The position numbers and the translations under genes are program-made. A DNA stretch of 64,000 nucleotides from Planctomycetota bacterium. Its GTDB lineage: Bacteria > Planctomycetota > UBA1135 > UBA2386. The stretch is taken from NCBI GenBank assembly GCA_965223545.1, contig OZ245006.1, forward strand, positions 4,832,001-4,896,000, read 5' to 3'. Shown here piece after piece: positions 8,876 to 18,450 of the stretch. Numbering within the stretch: the first letter of the stretch is position 1; each line of letters opens with the position of its first letter. The notes beneath the pieces are model-generated. The model searched no databases. It had not been told where the DNA came from and saw only the letters and a list, made by a program, of their open reading frames with translations.

Positions 8876-10258
8876 TCACCCAGCCTCGGCGATCGGTATG
8901 AGCTTGTACCCGAGGGATTTAGCGTTCTGTCGGAGTCCGACGATGCGTCGCTGGGTGAAGCGCTCCTCGTAGGCCTTGGCGCCTTCGTCTACGTAGTCCT
9001 GGCCGAACTTCAGCATGCGGTAGATGAGCAGGGCCAGTTTGCGGGCGATGGCAAAGATGGCGACGTTGCCGTCCTTCGCGCGGGCGATCTTGCGGAAGTG
9101 TGCGCCGAGAGCTGTCTGAGTACGTTGGAGGGACAGGGCGGCCATCCGGAGGACCGTGGCGATCCTGCTGACCGCGATGTTGTTGCGGTGCTTCTTGATG
9201 CGCTTTCCACCCGAGACGGCTTGACGTGGGCACAGGCGTAGCCAGGAGACGAAGTGCTTCTCGGTCGGGAAAGCTTCGAGGTCGTAGCCGACCTCGGTGA
9301 GCACGATCATGGCCGTGCTCGGGCTGATACCGTCGATTCGCGTGAGATCACACCCGACGAGCCGGCAGAGGGCATCGCGAAGCTCCCGGCCGCCCTTCGT
9401 TCGGATGCTCCTCTCCTTGCGGGGGTCTGGATGCTCGGGGACGTCGGCCGTCTTGGCTTCCTCCGGTTGCAGGTCCTCGATCATCGCCATCAATCGCTTC
9501 TCGACCGACTCGATCTCGTGGTCGGTGTGCTCGAGCATCCGCAAGCCCGAAGCGAGAGTGAAGATGTGCTCCTCGATCCAGGTCCCTTGCAAGTGATCCG
9601 CGAGCTCCTTCTCGGAGATCTTGCAGCGCGGATCACGCAGTCTGGCGAGCGCTCGAGGGTCGCGTTCACCAGCGAGAATCGCGCGGATGATCGCGAGGCC
9701 GGTCTTGCCGGTGATGTCCGTTACCGCGCGATGGATCGCCACGTTCATCTGATCCAGTGACCGCTGCATCAACTGCGTGTGGCGCGTGCGCTGCGCGATC
9801 AAAGACGCGGCATGGCGTTGCAGGGTCCGCAACGCACAGATGTCCTTCGGAGGCCGGAACGAAGCGCGAATGAGGCCATAGGTGTGTAGCTTCTGCAGCC
9901 AACTGCAATCGCTGGCATCGGACTTGGAGCGGCCCGGCACGTTCTTCACCTCGCGGGCATTCGCGAGGATGACCTCGAAGCCTCTCGACTCGAGTAGCTC
10001 GTAGACGGGAATCCAGTAGACATAGGTGCTCTCCATCGCGACGGATCGCACTCCGAGCTCCTCCAGCCAGTCCGCGAGCGCCTCTAGCTGGGGCGTCGTC
10101 GTTCCGAATCGCTTGATCGGACGACTGCCGTCGGGTGCTGCTGCGCACACCCAGTGCTCGCGGCTGCCGATGTCGATTCCGGCGGCGTTGGGCTTCACGA
10201 CTGGCAATACTTCCGCTGCGGGCTTCTTGCCCTTCCTCGTTCTGCTCTTCCCAGCCAT
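8876..10258 (-). CDS. IS110-family transposase/recombinase (DEDD RuvC-like + Tnp20 domain)
   Basis: GIDIG, AMEST.VYW, KSDASDC (D-E-D-D); I.GIS...A..VL.EVG, LCP....SGGK with the conserved Ser; AIARKLA. Confidence 0.97.
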   Translation of the reverse strand: MAGKSRTRKGKKPAAEVLPVVKPNAAGIDIGSREHWVCAAAPDGSRPIKRFGTTTPQLEALADWLEELGVRSVAMESTYVYWIPVYELLESRGFEVILANAREVKNVPGRSKSDASDCSWLQKLHTYGLIRASFRPPKDICALRTLQRHAASLIAQRTRHTQLMQRSLDQMNVAIHRAVTDITGKTGLAIIRAILAGERDPRALARLRDPRCKISEKELADHLQGTWIEEHIFTLASGLRMLEHTDHEIESVEKRLMAMIEDLQPEEAKTADVPEHPDPRKERSIRTKGGRELRDALCRLVGCDLTRIDGISPSTAMIVLTEVGYDLEAFPTEKHFVSWLRLCPRQAVSGGKRIKKHRNNIAVSRIATVLRMAALSLQRTQTALGAHFRKIARAKDGNVAIFAIARKLALLIYRMLKFGQDYVDEGAKAYEERFTQRRIVGLRQNAKSLGYKLIPIAEAG

Positions 10259-10503
10259 ACTTCATCCTCATTGTTGTGGTGGGCCCGGCCCGAGGCGGCG
10301 ATCAAACGAATCTGACCTGCGGGAGTGGGCACGGCGACGTGCCCCTCACCAGTGAAGGATGGCCAACTCGGACCCAGACTGGCTCTGGGGCAAACGTGCT
10401 CCAGTGGCTATTGGGGGCGTAGCTGCCGGGCCCCTCACACGTTCCCCTCCCCCTTCCTCAGCGGCTAGTTTCCTGCCCTGAAGGGCCGACAAATCTGCCG
10501 GGG
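10259..10503 (-). ncRNA. Candidate bridge RNA region (IS110 5' non-coding end)
   Basis: ~245-nt non-coding region upstream of the transposase; contains GACTGGCTC (10377..10385), identical to the target flank 10507..10515, enclosed by a TGCCCC/GGGGCA stem (10340..10345 / 10387..10392). Confidence 0.6.
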
Positions 10504-10508
10504 CAGGA

Positions 10509-10574
10509 CTGGCTCCGTACGTGCGCCGAGAAAACGAACCGGACTCCGTTCGTCACGCGCCAGGAACTCTCCGT
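10509..10574. repeat. Right arm of the palindromic repeat interrupted by IS110
   Basis: Inverted copy of 8756..8820; abuts the stop codon of the convergent dehydrogenase gene. Confidence 0.85.
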
Positions 10575-11525
10575 TCACGGCCGTGTCCGTTCGAATCGGC
10601 AGTGCTCGTCGTACTCGTCGCCAGCGAGGCAGCGCACCAACGCGCTGGCCACGCGGGTGCACATGCGCGCGTAGGTCGCCTCGGTGAGGGCGGCGACGTG
10701 GGGGGTGACGATTGCGCGTGGGTGCGTGATCAGGGGATCGTCGGGCGAGGGTGGATCGGGTTCCGCGCAGTCGGCGGCATAAGCGCCGACGCGTCCGCTG
10801 TCGAGCGCGGCGCGCAGCGCGTCGCCGTCGATCAGTCCGGCGCGGGCGGTGTTGACGATGATGCTGCCGCGGCGCAGGCGGCCGATCCGCGCCGCGTCCA
10901 AGAACGCGCGGGTGTCGTCGTTGAGGGCGAGGTGCAGAGAGACGACGTCCGCTGCGCGCAGCAGGGCGTCGAGGGATGCGGAGTCGGTGTCCGCGCCCGC
11001 ACCGCGGTTCCAGTGGAGCACACGCATGCCGAGCGCGGTCGCCAGCGCGCCGACGCGGGTGCCGATGGCGCCCCGGCCGATCACGCCGAGGGTGGCGCCG
11101 GCGCACTCGGTGCCGGCGTAGCGCGCGCGGCGTTGCCAGTCGTTCGCCCGCACCGCGTTGGCGGCGTCGAGCAGCTGCCGCTTGGCCGCCAGGATCAGCA
11201 TGAGCGTGTGCTCGGCGACCGTCGTCGTCAGGCTGCCCGGTGCGTGCAGTACGGTGACGCCGCGTTCGGCCGCCGCGTCGACGTCGACGTTGTCGAGGCC
11301 GACGCCGCAGCGCGCCACCACCCTCAATCGTGGTGCGCGGCCGATCAGCGCCGCGTCGATCCGGCCGCGGCCGCGGGTCACGATGGCGTGCGCCGCCGCG
11401 ACTTCCGCGTCGGGCGGTGCCTCGGGCTCGGGCGCGATGCTGACCGTCGCTGCCTCTTCGATCAGGGCAAGTGCGTCGTCGTGGATCGACTCCAACAACA
11501 GGACGCGCGGCCGGCCGTCGATCAC
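10575..11525 (-). CDS. D-isomer-specific 2-hydroxyacid dehydrogenase (SerA-like, no ACT domain)
   Basis: RCGVGLDNVD, VAEHT, GVIGRGAIG, VSLH, NTARAGLID, TPHVA; GTG start overlaps the upstream TGA. Confidence 0.92.
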   Translation of the reverse strand: MIDGRPRVLLLESIHDDALALIEEAATVSIAPEPEAPPDAEVAAAHAIVTRGRGRIDAALIGRAPRLRVVARCGVGLDNVDVDAAAERGVTVLHAPGSLTTTVAEHTLMLILAAKRQLLDAANAVRANDWQRRARYAGTECAGATLGVIGRGAIGTRVGALATALGMRVLHWNRGAGADTDSASLDALLRAADVVSLHLALNDDTRAFLDAARIGRLRRGSIIVNTARAGLIDGDALRAALDSGRVGAYAADCAEPDPPSPDDPLITHPRAIVTPHVAALTEATYARMCTRVASALVRCLAGDEYDEHCRFERTRP

Positions 11526-12016
11526 GAATCGTGAAAGAGCGTGGCCGCGTCGCTCTTGAAGCCGCGGTCGTCGTCCCGGCCGGAGCGGTAGAGGCCGGGG
11601 TCGTCTTCCGTCAGCGCATCGGCGAACACGGCGGGATCGACCTCGTAGTCGGCCGCGCAACACACTTCGATCAAGTTGTCGGAGGGATCGCGCACGAACA
11701 TCTGCATGCCCCCGTCGGGCAGGCGCCGGACCTTGCCCCACGGCCGCGTGTCGATCGCACGCCGCGCCTTCATCCGGAAGAAGCAGTCGTTGAAGTCGTC
11801 GATCTCGATGCACACGTGCCCGCGGAACGACGGCCGGTCGCGCCATTCGGTCAGGTGCAGCTGTTGGTGGTCGTTGATCCGGTAGAACTGAGCGGGGTAG
11901 TCGAACTTGAACGCCGGCAGCGCCTCCAGGCCGAACTCGTCCTCGTAGAAGCGGCACGCGGCGGCGAGATCGTCGACCACGAGGGCGACGTGATTGATGC
12001 GGACCATCTTGGGCAT
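11522..12016 (-). CDS. VOC/glyoxalase-family protein
   Basis: INHVALVVDDL...RFY, QLHL, GHVCIEI, QMFVRDPSDNLIEV. Confidence 0.9.
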   Translation of the reverse strand: MPKMVRINHVALVVDDLAAACRFYEDEFGLEALPAFKFDYPAQFYRINDHQQLHLTEWRDRPSFRGHVCIEIDDFNDCFFRMKARRAIDTRPWGKVRRLPDGGMQMFVRDPSDNLIEVCCAADYEVDPAVFADALTEDDPGLYRSGRDDDRGFKSDAATLFHDS

Positions 12017-12140
12017 GGGCTGGGCTCCGATCGTAGCCGGTTTGCGGACTCCGCACGCCGGATTGCGAGTCATCGGCAGGCGCTTCCAACGTCGGGTATC
12101 GTGGGCGGAGGTCCCTGCCATGGCCTTTAGGTGGACGATC

Positions 12141-14654
12141 ATGCGATGCCGCGCCCGAATCAGGCCTGCCTTGCCGGCGATCGCGCTGATCGCGTCGGCG
12201 TCGTCGTCCGCGATCACCGTGGATTGCGCGGCCCAACGGCTCCGCGCCGGTGGCGTGCGCGCGGACGCCCGCCGGATCTTGCCGGCCGGTTTCGTCGCCA
12301 ACGCCGGTCAGTGGCGCGCCGACGTCGCCTATGCGGCGCGGGGCGATCGAATGGTGGTCGGCGTCGGCCGCGACGCGCTGGTCTTGCGGTTTCCGAGTGA
12401 CCACCGCAGCGGCGCGCGCCTCACCTTTCGCGGCGCCGCCGCGGGGTGCCGGCTCGAGGGCGTGGGCCCGCGGCCGGAGAAGCTATCGTTCGTGCTCGGT
12501 GACGATGCGACGCGTTGGCGGCACGATGTGCCTTCGTTCGACGCCGTGTGCTACCGCGGCCTCTACGATGGAGTCGATGCCATCCTGCGCAAGGCCTCCG
12601 ATGGTCGCGTGCACTACGACTTCGTGCTGCGGCCGGGCGTCGACGCGCAGGACATCATCATCGACGGTGACGCTGCGGGCGCGTTCTCCATCGACGCGAA
12701 CGGAGACTTGCTGCTCGCCCTGCCGAGCGGCGTGCTCCGGCAGTCGGCTCCGGTAGCGTGGGAGGAGCGCGACGGCACTCAGCGACCGGTCTCGTGTCGG
12801 TTCCGCCTGCTCGGCGACCGCTCGTTCGGGTTCGCAACCGGCGTGCGCGGAGCGGGAACGCTGATCATCGACCCCGGCCTGTCCTGGTCCACGTACTACG
12901 GCGGCGAACAAGACGACTACGCGACCGACGTCGCGCTGGATGCGGTGGGCGACGCGATCGTCGTCGGTGGCACTTGGTCTCTGGGTTTGTTCACGAGGCC
13001 GGGCGCGTTCGATCGCACCCACAACGGAAGCGAAGACGCCTTCGTCGCACACGTGTCACAAAGTGGGCAGCTCCGGTATGCCACGTTTCTCGGTGGCAGC
13101 GCGGATGAGCGCCCATTCGGCGTCGCCGTCGATGCATCGGGAGCTGCCGTCTTGACGGGCCGGACGCGCAGCACGGACTTCCCGACCACGGCCGGCGCCT
13201 TCGACCGCACCGCGAACGCGGGCGACGACGTGTTCGTGGCGCGCCTCGCGCTGTCGAGTCAAGGGCTGCTGCAGTCGACGTACATCGGCGGCAGCTTCAA
13301 CGAGCAGGGCAACGGGCTGGCGATCGCCGCCGATGGCAGCGTCATCGTGGTCGGCACGAGCACCTCTCCCGATTACCCGACGACGCCGTCGAGCCTTCAG
13401 CCGGCCCCCAGCAGTCGGCGAGATGGTTTCGTGACCAAGCTCGCGCCGACCGGGAGCGCGCTGACATACTCGACGTTCCTCGGCGGGAGTCGCGACGAGA
13501 CTTGCTCGGCGGTGGTGGTGGACCGCTTCGGGCTCGCGACCGTGGCCGGCCAGACCTTGTCCGCCGACTACCCGACCACGCCCGCAGCCCACAGTAGGAC
13601 TCTGTCCGGCGGTGCCGATGGCTTTGTCAGCCGTCTGGATTCGAGCGGGTCCGCTCTGCTCTTCTCCACCTACTTCGGTGGCAACGATGCCGAATGGCTG
13701 GAAGCGCTCGCGATCGGTCCGTCCGGCGCGCTGACGGTGGCGGGTTTCACCAGGTCCTCGTCGGGCCTCGCTACGCCCGGCGCGTTCGACACCGCGGCAA
13801 ACGGGTCGACCGACGCGTTCGTCGCGCAGTTGAACGCGGTCGGCAGCGCCGTGAACTTCGCGACCTATCTCGGCGGAGGCGGGCCGGACTTCGTCTGGGG
13901 GCTCGCCGTGACGTCGCGCGACGAGGCCGTCGTCGTCGGGCACTCGGCCTCGACCAACTTTCCGACGACGTTCGGGTCGTTCCAGCCGGCGCTCTCGAGC
14001 TTCGCGCTCCCGCTGCGGGGAGACGGCTTCGTGAGCAAGCTCGCCAGGAGCGGGGATCGTTTGCTCTACTCGACGTTCTTGGGTGCACCCGACGGCACCG
14101 ATAGTCTGCAGGGCGTCGTTCTGGATGCTCTGGATGGTGCCGTCGTCGTCGGCAACTCGGATGGCGCCGCCTTTCCGGTGACCGCCGGCGGGTTTCAGCA
14201 GGTCCACCGCGGCGAGTTCGACGCGACGATCGCCGCGTTGGACCTGCTGCCGTCGGGGGCGACGGCGAGTGGTTGGTCGAGCCCGGGTTGTACCGGTCCA
14301 CTGCCGATTGGCGTCGACGCAGCGCCGCTCGTCGGCTCCACGTTCGCGGTGACATGCGGCAACGCACCACCGTCCGGGCTGGGCATCGCGCACTTCGGTG
14401 CGCTCGGCTTGGCAACTCCGCTGCTGGCCGGGGGGATCGCCATCTGGGTCGACCCGGCGAGTGCGTGGATGCTGGCGATCCCCGTGCGGAGCGACCCGAT
14501 CGGCGGCGCGGAAGTCGCCGTGCGGGTTCCCAACCGCGCCGGCCTGGTCGGGGTGGGCTTCGCGGCTCAGTTCGCGTGGTGGGTGTCGGGTGGGCCGCCT
14601 TGTCCTCCCCTCGGTCTCGCCGCCTCGAATGGAATGCGCGTGATCCTGCAGTGA
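12141..14654 (+). CDS. Secreted SBBP-repeat beta-propeller protein with shared C-terminal domain
   Basis: LY.GVD...YDF.L.PG.D N-terminal region; IIDP.L.WSTYYGG; repeated YSTFLGG / G.T.S.DFPTT.GAF / DAFV..L. Confidence 0.92.
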   Translation: MRCRARIRPALPAIALIASASSSAITVDCAAQRLRAGGVRADARRILPAGFVANAGQWRADVAYAARGDRMVVGVGRDALVLRFPSDHRSGARLTFRGAAAGCRLEGVGPRPEKLSFVLGDDATRWRHDVPSFDAVCYRGLYDGVDAILRKASDGRVHYDFVLRPGVDAQDIIIDGDAAGAFSIDANGDLLLALPSGVLRQSAPVAWEERDGTQRPVSCRFRLLGDRSFGFATGVRGAGTLIIDPGLSWSTYYGGEQDDYATDVALDAVGDAIVVGGTWSLGLFTRPGAFDRTHNGSEDAFVAHVSQSGQLRYATFLGGSADERPFGVAVDASGAAVLTGRTRSTDFPTTAGAFDRTANAGDDVFVARLALSSQGLLQSTYIGGSFNEQGNGLAIAADGSVIVVGTSTSPDYPTTPSSLQPAPSSRRDGFVTKLAPTGSALTYSTFLGGSRDETCSAVVVDRFGLATVAGQTLSADYPTTPAAHSRTLSGGADGFVSRLDSSGSALLFSTYFGGNDAEWLEALAIGPSGALTVAGFTRSSSGLATPGAFDTAANGSTDAFVAQLNAVGSAVNFATYLGGGGPDFVWGLAVTSRDEAVVVGHSASTNFPTTFGSFQPALSSFALPLRGDGFVSKLARSGDRLLYSTFLGAPDGTDSLQGVVLDALDGAVVVGNSDGAAFPVTAGGFQQVHRGEFDATIAALDLLPSGATASGWSSPGCTGPLPIGVDAAPLVGSTFAVTCGNAPPSGLGIAHFGALGLATPLLAGGIAIWVDPASAWMLAIPVRSDPIGGAEVAVRVPNRAGLVGVGFAAQFAWWVSGGPPCPPLGLAASNGMRVILQ

Positions 14655-14786
14655 CGTCGAAGGCGCGCGCAGCCCTGGGGACCGTTGCGTCCTTGCCGAC
14701 TGCGGAACCCACGCAAAGGTGCGTCGTAGCGCCATGACTCTCGTGCCCCGGACGCGGTCTGCCCCCCATCCCAAAGAGGCCCTCCA

Positions 14787-16538
14787 ATGCTACGCACCGC
14801 CCTCGTCTTGCTGGTCGGCAGCTGTGCCGTCGCGCAGTCGCCATCGTTGTTGCTCAACGTCAACCCGACGACCAACCCGCAGTTCGGCTTTCACTCATCG
14901 TTCCCGCAAGACGGCGTCGACCTGTACGGCACCGCCTTGTTCACCGCGGTCGACGGGACGTCGGGGCGCGAGCCCTGGCGCACCGATGGTACCGCCGCGG
15001 GGACCTTCTTGCTGCGCGACATTCGCGTCGGACAGCCGCCGTTCACCAACAACTACAGCTCCGACCCGACCGGTTTTGCGGTGTTCGAGGATCGAGCGTA
15101 CTTCTTCGCCACGGACGGTGGGGGCCGCGGTCTGTGGACCACCGATGGCACGACCGCCGGCACGACGTTGGTCGCGCCCGGGATCTCGGGGGCCCAGCTC
15201 ACGCCGTTCGGCGACCGCATGCTGTTCGCGGGAGACGACGGCAACACCGGGGTCGAGCTGTGGCGCACCGACGGCACCGCCGCGAACACCGCCTTGGTGG
15301 TCGATTTGTGGCCGGGGCGCTGCGCCAAGTTCCAGGAGCCGCACAACGGGAGTCCATCGTTTCTGACCCCGCTGTCGGGATCGGTCTTCTTCGTCGCCAA
15401 CGACGGGCAGCGCGGTCTCGAGCTGTGGCGCACGGATGGCACCGCCGCCGGGACCGTCGTCCTCGACCTGGTGCCCGGCAGCACCGGCTCGGCGCCGCGC
15501 GATTTGGTCGTCTTCGAGGGGGCGCTCTGGTTCGCGGCGCGGCACCCGATTCTGGGCGAGGAGCTGTGGCGCAGCGATGGCACCGCGGCGGGGACGGCGG
15601 TGTTCGCCGACTTGGTCGCTGGCGGCAGCTCGCTGCCCCGGCAGCTGACGGTCGCGGGCGGACAGTTGTTCTTTGTCGCTTCGACGCCGGCAAACGGCAC
15701 CGAGTTGTGGGTGACCGACGGCTCCGCCGGTGGGACACGGCTCGTGCGCGACGTGATGCCGGGGGTCTTCAGCGGCAACCCGGACTCGCTCGCGGCCGGC
15801 GCGGGCAAGTTGCTGTTCCGCGTCAACGATCCGGCGATCGGGCGCGAGCCCTGGGCGTCGGACGGCACCGCCGCCGGCACCGTGCCGCTGGGCGACCTGG
15901 CGCCGGGAACTGCCGATTCGACCAACGCGTCGCGACCGATGCGGTTCGTTGCGACGGGTTCCCGCCGCGCGTGGTTTCGGGCCTGGCAGCAGCCGTACCA
16001 ACCGACGCTGTGGGTGACCGATGGCACTCCGGCGGGCACCCGCGTCGTGACCTCTCTGAGCTCGGGCAACCCCAACAACTCACCCGAGCTCCTCATGTTG
16101 GCCGACGGCAAGCTCTTGTTTGCCGCCGCCGACGCGCAGAACGGCGTCGAGCCGTGGCTGCTCGATCCCGGTGCGACCGCCCACCCGGTCGGGCACGGCT
16201 GCGGTCTGCCCGCGGCGGCGCTGTTGGGCGCGGACCCGGTGCTGGGCGCGGTGATGCCGCTGCGCGGCACCGCGGCGCCGAACCGCGCGCTCGCCGTCGT
16301 GCTCGGTGACGTGCCTGCGCCGGTGCGTGTGCTGCGCCCCGGCTGCGCCTGGGCGCTGCGCTTGCCGGGAGCCGTCGCGCTGACCGCGGCGCCGGTGATT
16401 GCCGGCACTTGGTCGGCGTCGCTCCCGTTGCCCCAGCTGCCCGCGCTGTCGGGCCTGCGCGTCGACCTGCAAGCGGTGGTCGCCGGGGGAGTCGGGTTCG
16501 ACGTCAGCAATCCCCTGGCCTTGCAACTCGGTCGCTGA
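14787..16538 (+). CDS. Secreted ELWxxDGT-repeat protein with shared C-terminal domain
   Basis: Multiple G.ELW(R/V)(T/S)DGT.AGT repeats; signal peptide. Confidence 0.95.
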   Translation: MLRTALVLLVGSCAVAQSPSLLLNVNPTTNPQFGFHSSFPQDGVDLYGTALFTAVDGTSGREPWRTDGTAAGTFLLRDIRVGQPPFTNNYSSDPTGFAVFEDRAYFFATDGGGRGLWTTDGTTAGTTLVAPGISGAQLTPFGDRMLFAGDDGNTGVELWRTDGTAANTALVVDLWPGRCAKFQEPHNGSPSFLTPLSGSVFFVANDGQRGLELWRTDGTAAGTVVLDLVPGSTGSAPRDLVVFEGALWFAARHPILGEELWRSDGTAAGTAVFADLVAGGSSLPRQLTVAGGQLFFVASTPANGTELWVTDGSAGGTRLVRDVMPGVFSGNPDSLAAGAGKLLFRVNDPAIGREPWASDGTAAGTVPLGDLAPGTADSTNASRPMRFVATGSRRAWFRAWQQPYQPTLWVTDGTPAGTRVVTSLSSGNPNNSPELLMLADGKLLFAAADAQNGVEPWLLDPGATAHPVGHGCGLPAAALLGADPVLGAVMPLRGTAAPNRALAVVLGDVPAPVRVLRPGCAWALRLPGAVALTAAPVIAGTWSASLPLPQLPALSGLRVDLQAVVAGGVGFDVSNPLALQLGR

Positions 16539-16637
16539 CCGAGCGCCACCGGCAGAAACCGCGCGGATCGTGGCGGACGCGCGACCACGGCGGCGTTGTC
16601 CGGTCGAGCCTCTGACTCTCTGGAGCTTCGACCCCCA

Positions 16638-18329
16638 ATGCAGATCCGCTTCGATCCCCGCGACCTCGTCATCGCCGAGCGCGTTCCCTTCGAGAACCTG
16701 CTCCCCCTCTTCCCCCTCCGGCCAACCGTCCGCGTCCTGATCGTCGCCGACACGTCGGTCAGCTTCACGACCAGCTTCGGTGTGGGCAAAGTCATCGACC
16801 TGATCCGCGCCAACGTCGACGGCTACGTCCGCTTCGACGTCGACCTGGCCCGCCTCGGTGTGCAGGGCTCGACCCTGCTCGTCGACAGCACTCCCGGCGC
16901 CAAGGAGGCCAAGTACACCAACTTCCGCTTCTCGAGTCAGGTCAACGGCGATCACGTGCTCGACGACTACGATGAGGTCTGGTGCTTCGGCTTCGCGCCC
17001 GGCAACGACGGCTCGTCGGACGATGGCAACATCAGCTCGAGCCCGTACGCCAGCACCGACCAAGACCTGGCGGTGCTGACGCAGTGGATGAACGCGGGGG
17101 GCGGCGTGTTGGCGATGGGCGACCATCACTACCTCGGCGCGGCGATGTGCGGCAGCATCCCGCGCGTGCGGTCGATGCGCCGTTGGTCGAATGCCCAGGG
17201 CGTGCCGCCGATCAACGGGCCGGAGCGGCTCGACACCCACCGCCCGCAAAACCCCGCGCAGGATCCCAGCATCGATCCGACGCCGGACGTGATCCCGTCC
17301 GGCGCGCAGAGCGACGACGTTCCGCAGGTCATCGACTGGAAGCGCTACTCGGTGTGGGCGCCGTTCATCTTCGAGCGCCGCTACCGTCCGCATCCGGTGC
17401 TGTGCGGCGGTGACCTCGGCGTGATCGACGTGCTGCCCGACCACGCGCACGAGGGTTGGATCTACGAAGACCACGAGATCGACTTGGGCGCGACCTACTC
17501 CTTCGCCGGTACGTCCGGCGATGAGTATCCGAGCGCCGGTGGCGCGCAGCCGAGCCCCGAAGTCATCGCCTGGGCGAACACCTTGCCGGACCCGCCCTAC
17601 AACCACGCCAAGGGGCCGGCGCCGGCACGGCGGTTCGGCGTCATCGGTGCCTACGACGGCGATGCCGTCGACGTCGGCCGCGTGCTGGTCGACTCGACCT
17701 GGCACCACTGGATGGACATCAACCTGAATGGCCTCGATGCCGAAAGCCCCGACACCGAGTTCCAGAAGATCGCGCGCTACTTCCGCAACTGCGCCGTGTG
17801 GTTGGCGCGCGAGCACCAGCGGCAGCGGATGCTGCAGTACTCCACCTTCTGGGGGCTGCTGCACGCGACCGCCTTCGAGGAGTTTGGTCCCGCGGCGTCG
17901 CTGCATCTGCTGGGCGGCAAGGCGATCGATGTCATCGGCCGTCTGACCAGCGAGTGCCTGGTGCGCGATTGGATCAATATCTTCGTGCCGGTGCGCCTGC
18001 GCGAGGAGCTGCGCATTCCCCATCCGATCCCGGACCCGTGCTGGAGCTGCCCGCCGTTCGAGTTGCTGCAGCGCGCCGTCCTCGGTGGGGTGGTGGAGCA
18101 GTTCTTGCCGCTGCGGCGCGAGCTGCAGCAGCTGCAGCAAGACCCCGACTGCCGGCCCGATCTGTCGCCGGAGCACTTCGCCGCGGCGGCGGAGAAGGGC
18201 GCGGCGAAGGGCCTCGAAGTGTTCCACGAGGCAGTGTCGGCCAACATCGGGCGCCTGCGTCGGGTCGAGGACCTGCGCGGTGAGCCGTGCCGAGTGCCTG
18301 CCGCGCCTGCGCTGGCGGCGCAGGAGTGA
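16638..18329 (+). CDS. Hypothetical protein (possible class I glutamine-amidotransferase-like fold, His-rich motifs)
   Basis: LDDYDEVW.FG, WMNAGGGVLAMGDH, PDHAHEG, GRVLVDSTWHHW; strong GC3 bias. Confidence 0.8.
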   Translation: MQIRFDPRDLVIAERVPFENLLPLFPLRPTVRVLIVADTSVSFTTSFGVGKVIDLIRANVDGYVRFDVDLARLGVQGSTLLVDSTPGAKEAKYTNFRFSSQVNGDHVLDDYDEVWCFGFAPGNDGSSDDGNISSSPYASTDQDLAVLTQWMNAGGGVLAMGDHHYLGAAMCGSIPRVRSMRRWSNAQGVPPINGPERLDTHRPQNPAQDPSIDPTPDVIPSGAQSDDVPQVIDWKRYSVWAPFIFERRYRPHPVLCGGDLGVIDVLPDHAHEGWIYEDHEIDLGATYSFAGTSGDEYPSAGGAQPSPEVIAWANTLPDPPYNHAKGPAPARRFGVIGAYDGDAVDVGRVLVDSTWHHWMDINLNGLDAESPDTEFQKIARYFRNCAVWLAREHQRQRMLQYSTFWGLLHATAFEEFGPAASLHLLGGKAIDVIGRLTSECLVRDWINIFVPVRLREELRIPHPIPDPCWSCPPFELLQRAVLGGVVEQFLPLRRELQQLQQDPDCRPDLSPEHFAAAAEKGAAKGLEVFHEAVSANIGRLRRVEDLRGEPCRVPAAPALAAQE

Positions 18330-18450
18330 GCGGCAGCGGTCTGCTCGCCGGCAGACCGGAAGGCGCGCGAGAACGTGGCGGGGTGTCTACCCGTGCCCTC
18401 CAACCGCCGGGGGCCTGTTCGGCCACCGCGCGCACTCATATCATGCACTC

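Larger units (their letters stand above)
8818..10507 (-). mobile_element. IS110-family insertion sequence, complete; CAGG (CCTG on element strand) at both junctions
   Basis: Intact transposase; CAGG at 8818..8821 and 10504..10507; removing the element rebuilds a perfect hairpin GTACGGAGCCAG-GA-CTGGCTCCGTAC. Confidence 0.85.

Noticed and set aside
8756..10574. Treating the 65-bp inverted flanks as terminal inverted repeats of the IS
   Set aside because: IS110 elements typically lack long TIRs, and the duplicated CAGG core plus the rebuilt hairpin fit an interrupted target better. Not fully excluded without other copies.
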